Shown in pieces: positions 8,436 to 20,700 of a DNA stretch of 64,000 bases (its first letter is position 1; each line of letters starts with the position of its first letter). Made by a program: the position numbers and the translations under genes. The notes under the pieces are model-generated. The model had not been told where the DNA came from. It searched no databases and saw only the letters and a list, made by a program, of their open reading frames with translations. The stretch is from positions 43,395 through 107,394 of the IMG/VR virus record IMGVR_UViG_3300042865_000182. The stretch is one strand, 5' to 3'. Source of the stretch: a virus.

Positions 8436-11075
8436 ATGAGATACAGAGTTAAAATAACAGAAGCTCCTGAATTATTCAAAGTAAAAATAACTCAGCCTCC
8501 AAAAGCAAAAACAGGTTATCAAATTGAGGGATCATTGGCTAATGATCTTTCTGCATTTGGTGGTGGTAATCTAAAACTTACAGAACCTAAAGCTGTAGCT
8601 ACTAAAACTATTACTAAGGTGCCTAGAGATCAAGCTAACTTAGAAGCTGAAGGTGGAGAAACTGTATTAACATTTGATCCATCTGGATATCCTTTATTTT
8701 ATGAAATAAAAGGTCCTAGACATAGTGCTAATGGTGTTCCATTAAATCTTCCGGATGATAGTTTTATATTTAGTGATACTAAAGAAATGATAATTAAGGA
8801 TCCTGTTATTCTTAAAATGTTTAATAAATCACCTAAAAAAGGATATACTCCAGCAGATTTATCTAAACAATTTTTATCATTAAATAAATATAGAATGACT
8901 ATGCAGGATCCTACTTCAGATAAAGTAGAGATAAAAACTGCAGAGTTAATGATAAAGAAAAGTATTATTAAACTAGGAGCATTAGCATTAGCTCAGGAAG
9001 CTAAGAAAGGATTCCCACAAGGTATTCCAGCTGTAGCTAAACAATATATGGAAGCTAATGGTATTACTGAACAAGATATACTACCAGATCAACCAGAACA
9101 AGAATCACCAGCACAAGCAGGTCAAGCTATTGATATGGGTCAGGCTATGGCAGAAGGAGCACCTCAACAAGCTATTGAAGCTAATGAACCTCCAATGATG
9201 CCAGATGGTTCTCCTGTTGCAATGCCTGAAGAACAAATGATGCAACAACAACCCCCAATGCAACCAGGTATGAAACATGGTGGAATGTTAAGACACGCTA
9301 ATAAAGGTTTACAAGTTGCATTAAATAAAATCACAGTTAGTGTAAAAAATGCTCTTGATCAAGGAAAAGAAATGGAAGATATCCTTCTTGAGCTTATACA
9401 AAGTAATGTAACCCCAGAAGATCTAATTACAGTATTGGGTAATCTTGCTATTCCAGAAATGAAGGCAAAAGAAATGGTTACAGATGCACTTAATACCTTA
9501 CAAGAACAAGCTGCTCAACAAAGACAAATGATGGCTCAGCAACAAGCAGCTCAAATGGGACAACAACCAGGAATGCAAGCTCCACAACAAGGACAACCTT
9601 CTCCAGAGCAAATGATGGCTATGGCTCAACAGATGCCACAAGAACAAATGCAACAAGCTCCTATGGCTATGTATGGAATGTCTATGGGTGGTTATAATAT
9701 GCCTTTCTATAACAATCCTAATGAAATGGCTTATGGTGGTTTTTTAAGAGAAGCAGGTAATGGTGAAATTGTAAAAGGTAAAAAAGGTGACGTATCTGCA
9801 ACAAAAAAAAGTAAAGCTGAATTTGAATCTTATAAAGGAACTCCAACTACTACAGCTAGTGGTAAAAAAGCTAAATACTTATTTGAATCTAACCCTGAAA
9901 GAGTTAGAAAAGATCAAGCGATAACTAATGCTGGAAATCCCGCAAACTTTAATAGAGGTGCTTGGGAAAAAACTTTATGTGATGAAATAAAAGGCGGATC
10001 AACAGTTGATGATATTTTAAAAAGACACTATAGCGGTCAAGAAGCTTATAGAGCGCAAGTACTAAGCATGTTTGCTGATTGTTTCAAAGAAGCTGAAGAA
10101 AAGTTTAAAGAAAGAGAAGAAGCAATTTACTTAGATGAAGAACCTGTTACAACAACTACTACTGAAGAAGAAGAATGTGTATGTACTGATCCTATGACAG
10201 GTCAAGAAACTGTATTTCCTAAAAATGCTGATGGTACTTGTACTCCATGTGAAGCATATCAAATGGAAGAAAGCCAAATGCAGATGCCTGGGCAAATGAA
10301 ACCAAGAGGATTACAGTATCTTCCTGAAGATAAGTTAAATCTTGGCATTGCCTTAGCTCAAAGATATGAAAATCTTCCTCCTATAATGGGTAAAGCTCCT
10401 GGTGTTAGAGAACAAGCTGAAAGAGTTGATTATATGGGTCAAGCTGAATTAGCAAAAGGTATGACACAAGGTACTATAAATGCAATTCAAAAAATGGCTG
10501 CTAATAATCCTGGCGGAGCTTTAGCTGCTATGTTTGCAGCACAAAGAGGATCTCAAGGAGACATAATTAACTTAGCATCTCAAACAAATGCACAGAATGC
10601 AGATAGAGCCACAGCTTTAAATAAAGCAAATACACAACATCAGTGGAATCAATTACTATTAGATAAAGATGCATCTGATATATATAACCAAAGACAAGCA
10701 ACTTGGGCAAGTAATAAAGCACAAGATTTTAGTAATTACTGGGCTAATGTAGGTGATAAATTTGCTAAGATGAAAGGTAATGCTAGAACACTTGCTGCTG
10801 TTAATGAAGCTCAAGGTATGAAATGGAATATTGATCCTATTACAGGTGAAGAGTATTATGTTAATGCAAATAATAAAGTTATTACACCAGAGAAACCTGC
10901 TGAAGATTTTGCAACAAAAATGGCAAGATTTAAAGCTATGGGTATTACTGATAATTCAGATGTATTAAGAGCAATGGATCTTGAAAGAAAAATGAATGTA
11001 ACTAAGTTTGGTGGTATAGCATATAAAAATGGAGGTTATGTTTATGCTGATATTTTATATCCATTTATACTGTGA
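8436..11075 (+). CDS. crAss-like internal virion protein (EAEGGE...GPRHSANGV...FIFSD domain)
   Basis: 879 aa. The N-terminal motif resembles the E.E.GE/GxxHxxGGV/FIFSD block of crAss-like structural proteins. Gln/Met-rich linker. Confidence 0.55.
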   Translation: MRYRVKITEAPELFKVKITQPPKAKTGYQIEGSLANDLSAFGGGNLKLTEPKAVATKTITKVPRDQANLEAEGGETVLTFDPSGYPLFYEIKGPRHSANGVPLNLPDDSFIFSDTKEMIIKDPVILKMFNKSPKKGYTPADLSKQFLSLNKYRMTMQDPTSDKVEIKTAELMIKKSIIKLGALALAQEAKKGFPQGIPAVAKQYMEANGITEQDILPDQPEQESPAQAGQAIDMGQAMAEGAPQQAIEANEPPMMPDGSPVAMPEEQMMQQQPPMQPGMKHGGMLRHANKGLQVALNKITVSVKNALDQGKEMEDILLELIQSNVTPEDLITVLGNLAIPEMKAKEMVTDALNTLQEQAAQQRQMMAQQQAAQMGQQPGMQAPQQGQPSPEQMMAMAQQMPQEQMQQAPMAMYGMSMGGYNMPFYNNPNEMAYGGFLREAGNGEIVKGKKGDVSATKKSKAEFESYKGTPTTTASGKKAKYLFESNPERVRKDQAITNAGNPANFNRGAWEKTLCDEIKGGSTVDDILKRHYSGQEAYRAQVLSMFADCFKEAEEKFKEREEAIYLDEEPVTTTTTEEEECVCTDPMTGQETVFPKNADGTCTPCEAYQMEESQMQMPGQMKPRGLQYLPEDKLNLGIALAQRYENLPPIMGKAPGVREQAERVDYMGQAELAKGMTQGTINAIQKMAANNPGGALAAMFAAQRGSQGDIINLASQTNAQNADRATALNKANTQHQWNQLLLDKDASDIYNQRQATWASNKAQDFSNYWANVGDKFAKMKGNARTLAAVNEAQGMKWNIDPITGEEYYVNANNKVITPEKPAEDFATKMARFKAMGITDNSDVLRAMDLERKMNVTKFGGIAYKNGGYVYADILYPFIL

Positions 11076-11120
11076 TAAACTTAACAGGTTTATTAAACTT
11101 ATAAAATTTTAATAGTTTTA
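11076..11120 (+). promoter_or_regulatory. Putative late promoter: palindrome TAAACTT-AAC-AGGTTTA, N20, TAGTTTTA
   Basis: Intergenic, 20 nt before the ATG at 11141. Identical spacing to the copy at 4903..4947. Confidence 0.5.
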
Positions 11121-11140
11121 CAATATAGAATTATAAACAT

Positions 11141-14100
11141 ATGGGTACCTATTTACAAGGAGTTCAATCTATAATACCATCTATTCAACCACATGATACT
11201 GGATTGAATATGGTTGCTAATTTATTGCAACTTAAGCAAAATCAATATGATTCAAATTATAAGCAGTTAAACAAAATGTATGGTCAGTTTTATTATGCTG
11301 ATCTTACAAGAGATGACAATATTAAAAGGAGAGATGCAACAGTTCAACAAATTGACTTAGACTTAAAAAGAATAGCAGGTTTAGATTTATCTTCTGAACA
11401 AAATGTGCAACAAGCTATGCAAGTATTTAAGCCTTTCTATGAAGATGGTGCTTTAATGAAAGATATGGCTTGGACAAAAAACTTTAATAATACATATGGT
11501 GCTGCAGAAGGTTTGCTTAAAAGTGATGATGAGAAAGCTAGAAAACAGTATTGGGATGATGGTATAAGAGAATTACAATATAGGAGAGAGGAATTTAAGA
11601 ATGCTACTCCCGAAGAAGCAATGGGTGCTGGTAATGTAGTTTATACTCCATATATAAATGTAGCTGAGAAAACTAGAGAGCTTGCAAAAAAAGCTGGTTT
11701 ATCATTTGAAAAAACTAGCATGAGTGCAGATGGTAAGTGGATACTTAAAAATAAAAATGGACAACTTCTTGTTGAACCCTTATCTAATTTATTTGAAGCT
11801 GAGTTAGGAAGAGATCCAGCAGTACAAGCTGTGTATAAAACACAGGCATATGTAAATCGTAAAGATTTTGCAAGAGGTGAAGCAGGTAAGTTTGGTGGAG
11901 AGAGAGAGGCTGAAATGGAATATTTAAGAGATGCCTATGGTAAAATGAAAAAAATTACAGAAAATAGACATGCTGATAAACAAGCCAATGCTAAAGTCTA
12001 TGATTCTCAAATTGCAGATATACAAAAACAAATAAAACAACGAGGGTCAGATCCTTTATTAGAAAGAGAACTTGAAAAATATCAAGAAGCAAAAAAAGTT
12101 AATGATGAGATATTAGGTAAATTAGATGAACAATTAAATCAATTTAACAATGCATACTCAAGCAGTGGTAACACAAGTACTGGTCAATTTCAAAATCCTT
12201 ATAAGGATATAAATCAACTTAGAAATGTAGTTGATGGCAACATGGCTAACATGTTAATGAATGAAGACTTAATGAATGCTGCTACAACTTTAGCATATAC
12301 AGATGCTAAAGAAGACTTTAAAGAAAATCCATATGCTGTATTAGATGTTAAGCATGCACATCAAATGTCTGAGATAAATGCAGCAGGTTCTTGGAGATAT
12401 CAAACTGAACAATTAAAAGCTCAAAGTAGATTACAAGCAATACAAGCCAAGGCTTATTATGATGAGTTTACTTATAGTGGAGAAAAGAAAGCTGCTAAAG
12501 CGTCATCTTCAAGCTCTTCTGGTAAAAGTTTATCATACCAAGATGTTGCAACAGCTAACTTAACTATAAAAAATCCTGATGCATCTGAAGAAGATAAAAA
12601 AGAAGCTAGAGAAACAATAATTAAATTTGAAAAACAAGAACAAAAAGAACAAGAAGGTTCATTTAAAACTAAAGACAGAGAAAGTGCAACTGTATTACCT
12701 GGTCAAAATACACTTGATTTAGCTACAAAAGGTGGTACTACTATGTTTGATGCACAAGGTAAACCTGCTATGGTAGCTTTAATCAACATGTATAAAAAAC
12801 AAATGGCTGCTGATTTAATGACAAAACAACAATTTGCACAAGCAATGGGTCTTAATTCTCATGTATTAAATGAAGGTCAATTAAAAAGTCCAGCATATCA
12901 AGGTAAAGGTGAGGGTGGATTACCATCATATACAGAAATGCATGAGTTAGCAACAAATCCAGATAAGTTATTAGAAAAGGTAAATTCTAAAAATGGCTTT
13001 GAGTATATCATGACTATGACTAATATGAAAAAAGCACCAACTGTTGTAACCAGCCCGACTAAAAAAATTGACCCTTATCTTGAAGCTGATGCAAAGAAAA
13101 GAGGTTATGCTATTTACACTAGAGATGCATCAGGTAAAACAAATCTTTATAAAGACTATAGTCCACAAAATAATGCATATTCAAGAAACCCAGAGTTTAA
13201 TTATTTAAACACTGTTATATCTAATGGTGCAAAATACATAAATACAAATCCAAAAAATACTCCAGTTCAAGAAGCACTTGATCAAGGACTTGGTCAAAAA
13301 CTTGTAAATGCAAATCTTATTACAGATAACATGCAGGATTACAAGAACTATAGAGATAAAAGTAAACAAGCTGTAATAGATCATATGTATGGCAAGCTTG
13401 AGAAAGATCCTGAAATGATTAAAAATTTTGGGACACCAATCTTTAAGAATGGTAAATATACAGGAACTGATATGAGTAGATTAAGAGAGGAGTTGGAAAA
13501 TATGTATACTTACTCTGGTAATCTTAATACTGACTATAAACCAAAAACTAACTATCAATTAGAAGCTGAAAGAGAAAGATATGTAAGAAATACACCTTTG
13601 TCAACAGGTAAAAGTGTATTAGGTGTTCCTGATTGGAGACGTACAATATATTCTCAAGATAAATTTGCTGCAGCAATTGAACAAGCAGGAGAAGATGCAG
13701 CTGGAGGTGGTAATTATTATAATTTAAAAGATATTGATAAAACAGAAAAAGATGTAAGTGAAGGGCTTTCTAGTAAATTTGCTACCGAATTTGCAAATAG
13801 TATAAGAGCTATTTACAAAGATGAAGCAATGACAAAAGAAGGTACAGCAATTGATGTAACTAGTAATATTCCTGTCCCAGGATTTAGACAAGTTTCTGAT
13901 GGATCTGGTGTGGGTATGTTAGGTTTATCCACAACAGTAAACTTAGCCGCAAACACAGATGGTACTCAAGCATTTTATCAATTTTTAAATAACTGGGATA
14001 ATCTTAAAAATAATCTTGATGGTTTAGAAAGTGTAATCAGCTTTAAAGGAACAACTGTAACTGGTTTTAATTCTGGTAAAGTTGATGAAGATAAAAAATT

Positions 14101-14764
14101 TGCTGATAGCACAACCGGTTTAGGTAAAAGAATACTTGATGAGTTTATTAAATGGACTTCAAATCATGGTACTGCTGCAGATAAATTTGACATGGATGCC
14201 CAAAGAGTTGCTGTACAAAATATGGATCTTGGATCTATGACATTAATGTTACCTGAAAAATTCTTAAAATCAATTCTTAAAGATGAAGAAAAAAATCCTG
14301 ATGGTTATTTAGGAGAAACAGATTATGAAAATCTTACTAAATATGGTTTGTCAGTTATTGCACCAAATTCTAAATTTGATAATATAATGCATAATTCTAT
14401 GACTACTCCTCTTGCTGCTCATGTTAATTACAGAGGTGATTATACATATGAACATCCAACAGGACTTGGGACTTATAGAATTAGAAAAGGTGGTGAAAAT
14501 GAACCTGAGTTCATTAGTGAACTTACATATAAAAGATATGATGGTTCTATAATTGGATCACCAATTACCAATTCAAGTGTAAATTTTGGTAGAAACTTAG
14601 AAGGAGACATGGATGATGCAATTGGTGAATTAAATGATTGGGCATCATTTGGTATAAAACAAGTAATGCAACAACAACAAAATATTCAAATGCAAACTCC
14701 AGCAAATGTAATTCAAAATCAACCAGCACAACAACAATCATTTAATTTTGGACAACCTGATTAA
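11141..14764 (+). CDS. Putative internal virion/ejection protein, coiled-coil N-terminal half
   Basis: 1207 aa with no cysteine seen. Immediately upstream of the three giant genes. Confidence 0.5.
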   Translation: MGTYLQGVQSIIPSIQPHDTGLNMVANLLQLKQNQYDSNYKQLNKMYGQFYYADLTRDDNIKRRDATVQQIDLDLKRIAGLDLSSEQNVQQAMQVFKPFYEDGALMKDMAWTKNFNNTYGAAEGLLKSDDEKARKQYWDDGIRELQYRREEFKNATPEEAMGAGNVVYTPYINVAEKTRELAKKAGLSFEKTSMSADGKWILKNKNGQLLVEPLSNLFEAELGRDPAVQAVYKTQAYVNRKDFARGEAGKFGGEREAEMEYLRDAYGKMKKITENRHADKQANAKVYDSQIADIQKQIKQRGSDPLLERELEKYQEAKKVNDEILGKLDEQLNQFNNAYSSSGNTSTGQFQNPYKDINQLRNVVDGNMANMLMNEDLMNAATTLAYTDAKEDFKENPYAVLDVKHAHQMSEINAAGSWRYQTEQLKAQSRLQAIQAKAYYDEFTYSGEKKAAKASSSSSSGKSLSYQDVATANLTIKNPDASEEDKKEARETIIKFEKQEQKEQEGSFKTKDRESATVLPGQNTLDLATKGGTTMFDAQGKPAMVALINMYKKQMAADLMTKQQFAQAMGLNSHVLNEGQLKSPAYQGKGEGGLPSYTEMHELATNPDKLLEKVNSKNGFEYIMTMTNMKKAPTVVTSPTKKIDPYLEADAKKRGYAIYTRDASGKTNLYKDYSPQNNAYSRNPEFNYLNTVISNGAKYINTNPKNTPVQEALDQGLGQKLVNANLITDNMQDYKNYRDKSKQAVIDHMYGKLEKDPEMIKNFGTPIFKNGKYTGTDMSRLREELENMYTYSGNLNTDYKPKTNYQLEAERERYVRNTPLSTGKSVLGVPDWRRTIYSQDKFAAAIEQAGEDAAGGGNYYNLKDIDKTEKDVSEGLSSKFATEFANSIRAIYKDEAMTKEGTAIDVTSNIPVPGFRQVSDGSGVGMLGLSTTVNLAANTDGTQAFYQFLNNWDNLKNNLDGLESVISFKGTTVTGFNSGKVDEDKKFADSTTGLGKRILDEFIKWTSNHGTAADKFDMDAQRVAVQNMDLGSMTLMLPEKFLKSILKDEEKNPDGYLGETDYENLTKYGLSVIAPNSKFDNIMHNSMTTPLAAHVNYRGDYTYEHPTGLGTYRIRKGGENEPEFISELTYKRYDGSIIGSPITNSSVNFGRNLEGDMDDAIGELNDWASFGIKQVMQQQQNIQMQTPANVIQNQPAQQQSFNFGQPD

Positions 14765-14772
14765 TAAAAGCT

Positions 14773-17700
14773 ATGCCAGAAAATATTCCTTTAAGTAATA
14801 GATTATTATCCTCAGCAGGTATTAATCCATATGAGCAACAACAAAGTAATAAAGTTGAACCACCTCCATTTTTACAAAATGATATTAGTAAACAACTAAA
14901 TGGAAATGTACAAAAACCATTAACAGATGAAGAATATGTAGCAGAACGTGGTATGAAATGGTTGGGTAGAAGTTTGGGCAGACAAGATAGAAATGCTCAA
15001 ATGACTCCTTATACATATAATGCAGGTGCAGGTAGTAATTCTTTTTATAAAACGTATCGTGCATTTGGTCAAAAAACATTTGATGAAGTTGGATTCAGTC
15101 CCTTTAAAAATAATGATGAAGCTTTTAATGCACAAACTAGTTTTTTAGATAGATTTTCAAGAACTATAGTACATGGTTTTGCACCATTATTTGCAAGAGG
15201 TTTTGTATCTGGTCCTAAGAGTATGGCAAGAATGCTACAAGGAGATTTTGGAGATGATCCTGAAGATGCAAGAAAATATGCTGAAGCAGCTGCAATAGCA
15301 CAAGATACTTCAGGAGGTGTTGGTGCTTTCTTTAATAATAGCCTAATGAATTTTGGTTATAGTGCAGCTATTATTACTGAAGCTATTGCAGAAGAACTTG
15401 CATTAAGTGCAATGGGTGGTATTGGTGGTGCAGCAAACTTGCCTAGATTTTTTGCTAAATTAGGTAAAGCTGCTAGTGGTGTTAAAGGATTTTCTACAGT
15501 AGTTGATACAGCTGCTGGTTTAGGTAAGTCTATTAAATCACTTACAAATGTAAATAAAGCTAGAGAGTTTTTTAATGCTGCTAAAATTGAAGCGGGTCTT
15601 GAAACAAGATTAGGAAAGTTTGCTAACTTTTTTAATCCAGCAGAAAACTTACTAGAAACAGGACTTGATATTGCAAAAAATACAAAACAACTAAAAGGTT
15701 GGCAAAGATTTAATAATGCAACATTTAAAACTGCAGGAGCATTATATAGAGATGTCCGTAATATAAATATGGCATTATCTGAGGCAAGGCTTGAAGGTGG
15801 CTTTGCAAGAAATGATACATTTGATCAATTGTTTAATGATTATAGAAGTAAACATAATGGTCAACTTCCATCTGAAGAGATGAGAAATGCAATGATGAAA
15901 GAAGCCAATGAAGCTTCTAAACATTCACTTCTTGCAAATACACTACTTATTTATGCTAGTAATAAAATTACATTTGGCAATGTAGTTAATCCTAAATCAG
16001 GATTGTCTAGAGTGATATCTAAAAGAGTTGCTGAAGTTCAAAAAATGGCTGGTAGAACTACAATAAGAGAATTTACCAAAAGAACATTAGCTAGTGGTAA
16101 AGAATTACTTACTCCAAAATTATCAACTGTAAAAGGTATTTGGGCTACAGCAAAAAAACAAGGTGTACAAAAAGCTGTTAAAGGTGTTATTGGTTACACT
16201 AAAGCTAACTTAATGGAAGGTGCACAAGAAGTGCTTCAAGAAGTTATTGCAGATACTGCTAAAAATTATCATTTACAAGCTTTCTATTCTCAACCTGTTG
16301 GTGAATATATGTATACTAAAGCTCAGCTTGATGCAATGAAAGAAAAAGGATTCTCAGGTATTTTAGGAGAAGCTTTTGAAAAACAACGGAGTTGGCAAGG
16401 ACTTGAAACATTTGCATCAGGTTTTGTAATGGGTGCATTTGCATCACCATTAAACAGAGCCTTACCGTTTGCTCAAGAAAAATATATGCAAATCTTTAAA
16501 AATGAACAGTATAAAGCAAATAAAGATATTATAGATAACTATGTAAATAGAATGACTAAATCTGTTAATGATACATTTGCTAAAAATCCTATTGAGTTTT
16601 ATAATTCTAGAATTTTTGGTTTAGGTACTCAAACTGAATTAGCAAATGTAATTGATGGAGGTGATGCAAAGAGTTCTAGAGATGGTAAAGATGAAGCCAC
16701 TATAAAAAGTATTACAGACTTAATTAAGATGGATAGTCTTAATATCTGGACAGATTACATGGAATCTTTAAAAGAATTAACTACTGAAGAGTATGCTGAA
16801 GCTGTTGGTATTTCTGTTGAAGAAGCACAAGGTCATACTGAAAAGTTAGATAAAGTAATTAATAGAGCTAAGGAGATAGAAAAAACATATAACCAATATA
16901 ACAAAAAGTTTCCTAATCCTATTGATCTAAATGACTATGAAAAAGGAACTAAGGAATATGAAAAAGCTGAAATCTATCATACAGCTTGGGAAGAAGGTAA
17001 AAAGAATGTAATTTTCTATCATGAGAATTATAAAGATACTTTAACAAGAATGCAAAGTATTTTTCAATCTATTGCAGAAGAAAAGTTACTTGGTAAGATA
17101 GACCCTAATAGAGTGCAAGCTTTATTTAAAGATGATAAATTAGCTGGTGAAATACAGATACTTGAGAGTGAGGTTGAAGGATTAAGAGGAATGACAGATC
17201 CTGTATCTAAAAGAAAATTTAAGGAAACAGAAAGAACACTGGGTGTTTTAAAAGAGTATCAACAAGATTATGAAAACTTTATGGATCATTTCTTTGAATC
17301 AGGTATGGTTGAAGAAGTAGATACAGAAGGTAAAGTTGTGAGAACTGAATTAGATAATCAAGTAATAAATAAATTAGAAAGCTCATTTAAGAGTTATATG
17401 AAAGCACTTGCTAAGCAAAGTGATGATATAATATTAGATGATAGTATAGATGATGCTTTTGAAAAACTTATTGACTATTATAAATTAGGAAGAGAAGCAA
17501 ATAAACTTTCTGATACAGTAAATATGTTAAATAATCCAGAAGGATTCATGGATCATATTGAGAAAACATATGATTGGATGTATGAGATGTGGAATAACAG
17601 AGAAGAATACATCCGAGACAACATAAATAAGCAGCTTGAAACACTTAAATTTAACCAGTTGTTAAATGACATGGCTGCAGTTGGTGTTTATGTTGACTTA

Positions 17701-20700
17701 AATGCATTTGCAGAATTTAAAAATACAGGAGTAATACCTACTGAATTTTTTGATAATGTTAATAAAAGAGTAATTAAAAAAGGTAGTCCACTATATGAAC
17801 AAGTAGCTAATAGATTTCAAGGTTTAGCAGTTATGCAACAAATACTTGAAGCTAATAAACCAACAAGTGAAAAACAAAAAGAAGAACTAGCTAGACTAGA
17901 TGCAGAAGAAGCTGCTGCAATTGCAAGATTACCTAAAGTTTCTACTAAATTAGTTGTAAGAAATATAGATAATAAAGAAGATTTTAGCTTAAGAGTTGTA
18001 AATGATCAATTATCTGAAGGTCAGAGTGTTGATGTTACTTATGAAGAAGATAGTGAACAAAAATCTGCTGTATTTTATAAAGATGCAAATGGTGTATTAA
18101 GATATGATAATGAGCAAGGTGAGCCTGTTGATCTTAAGTTAAGTGTTAAATTTAATAGTGGACAAATTTTTGAAATACAAAATAGGCCAACAGATGAAGA
18201 TGTTGCAGAAGTAAAAAAACAATATGATGCATTAAGAGCTGAGGCAGCAGAAAAGTTCATTGATGAAGGTATAAAACCATTTACAGCTGAAGATATAGCT
18301 GAGTTAGATGCAATAAATGCTGATACACCAGTAGAAGCAATGCCTGCTGATTTAAAACAACAACTTGTTGATGCTTATGATGATTACAGAGAAAGACCTG
18401 AGAATAAAAACATGTTTCCAGCATCTCTTACTGAAGAAGATTTACAAAATAAATTTGAAATATTTATTAAATCTGAACCAGAAGCATTAGAGATTATTGA
18501 GAAATATGTAAAAGATAAAAAGTTAGAAGCTGCAACAACACCAGCAGGAGAAGTAATAGTTCCTAAAATTACTCTTCCTAATGGAGAAGTTATATCTGCA
18601 GATGAGGCAACTGATGCTATATTAGATGCAACACTACAAAGATATAGAATGCTGATTGCTGAGTTAAGTTCAAAAGGAGATGAAATGACAGATGATGAAA
18701 GAAAGAACTTAGCTATCTATAAAAGCAAAGCCAACATACTTTCTGGATATATTGAAAACAAAAGGATTGGTGAGATGAGTCCTGAACTTAAAGCAGCCAA
18801 AGCTAAAATTGATTTGCTTTTAAAAGAACAAGATAAAATCAAGAAACTAAAAACAGGCTATGATGTAGAAGGAGAGATACTCAGAAGAGTAAGTAATGTA
18901 ATTGAAGTTCTTAAAGATAAGAAATATGAGTATCCAAGAATGCAGGATATCAGAGTTATCTTTAATATGACAATTGGAGCTGGTGGAACAGTATCTGACT
19001 TCATGACTCAATTAAAGAATGCCAAGCTTCCAGGATTTAGTGAAGATACATATGACGCACTTGAAGAAGATATAAAAGAGTTTATGACTCTTACCAGTAT
19101 AACTGATCAAGATGTACTTAAACTTCAACTTGAAGGACTAAAAGAAGATCTTAAAGTAGAAGAAGGTGAGTTTGGTAATCCGGAAAGAGCTCTTGAAATA
19201 AGAAATCAGATAGCTATTCTTGAGAAACAAGTTAAACAAGAAGCTCCTACCACTAATCAAGCTGACATAGAAGCTAAGAGAGCTGAAGGAACTAATGTTA
19301 GAGGTACTACTTATAAAGGAGAAACTACTGAAAAAGATGGATTAAAAGTTACTGAGTATTCTGAGTTTAGACCTGATGGAAAAAGAATTTCTAAAGGTGG
19401 TAGAATAATGTTACCTGCAGAATTTATAGAAGAGTATAATATAACTGATCAAGATTATTTAGATAGTCTTGAAGGAGCTGCAGAAATAAGAGTATATCAA
19501 GTAAGAGTAGGAAAAGATGGTAAATCAAGTATAAGCATACAAGGAACTTTTCCAGAAGGAAATGTAGAAATGGAAGTTGGGGGTAAAGAATCAATTGCAT
19601 CAACTACAACTCCTGTTGCTGATATAGAAAAAAGAACTACAAAAATAATATCTTCAGAAACTGTAGAAAAAGGAAATAAAAAAGGAGAAACAAGAACAGT
19701 AACACAAACTAATTCTGTAGAAGATTTACAGGGTACAACAGTAAGTGTGACAGAGTATGAAGCAAAAGTTGGAGATACTACAGTTACTCTAGGAGGTAGG
19801 AAAATGACTTTTAAAGAGTTTAAAGAAGAATTTCCACTAGATGAGGATTATGAAGAAATACTTGGAGATTGGCCAGATTTAAATGATGATACAATAATTA
19901 CAGTAAGAAAAGTAAAAAGAACTCCGAGTAGTTCAAGGTTTAAAACTGTTGTAACTATTGTTAGCCCTGTATTAGGGGATAAAATGGATGTAATAATTAA
20001 ACAAGATGATGCTAAATATGATGCAGAACTAGATGCTTTAGAAGGACCTGCTAATCAAGCTGAGATAAATGCTAAGAAAGCTGAGTTAAATAAATTAAAA
20101 GAAACTAAAGAAAACCTATCACATCCATATGATAAATTAACAACTGCTGCAGAAAAAGCAAACTGGATTGAGAAAAATACTAGAGTAGTTAGAAGTGCTT
20201 TTAAAACTGATGAAGAGTATATTAATTATTATGAAACTAATAGAAATAAATTTATTAATGCAATAGCTCAAGGAAAATCTAAAGTTGATGCAATGTTAGC
20301 AATAGATTCAATTAATGTTGAGTACTACAGTAATCCTAAAAATGAAAAAGCATTAAATGAAGATTATGCTAATGTGTTGCGCAGTTATGCTGTTCCGTTA
20401 GCTTTAACAAGTGAACAAAAAGCATATACTAGTACTGGTAAAATTGTTTCTTTATTAGATGGTGTTAATATTAAAATTGATGAATTAACTAAAGAAATAG
20501 CTGAATTAGAAAAAGCAACTACTGCACCTGCTGTTGAAGCTTCTGTAAGTTATGAAGATCTAGTAGCTAAATCAAGAAGTGAGGTTGGTGTTATTGGACC
20601 TAACTTGTCTTTTATATTCTTTGGTAATTTACAGAATGCTATTAAAAATGGTCAGGTAAGATCTAAAGAAGAATTAAATAAAATCATAGCTGACTGGAAT

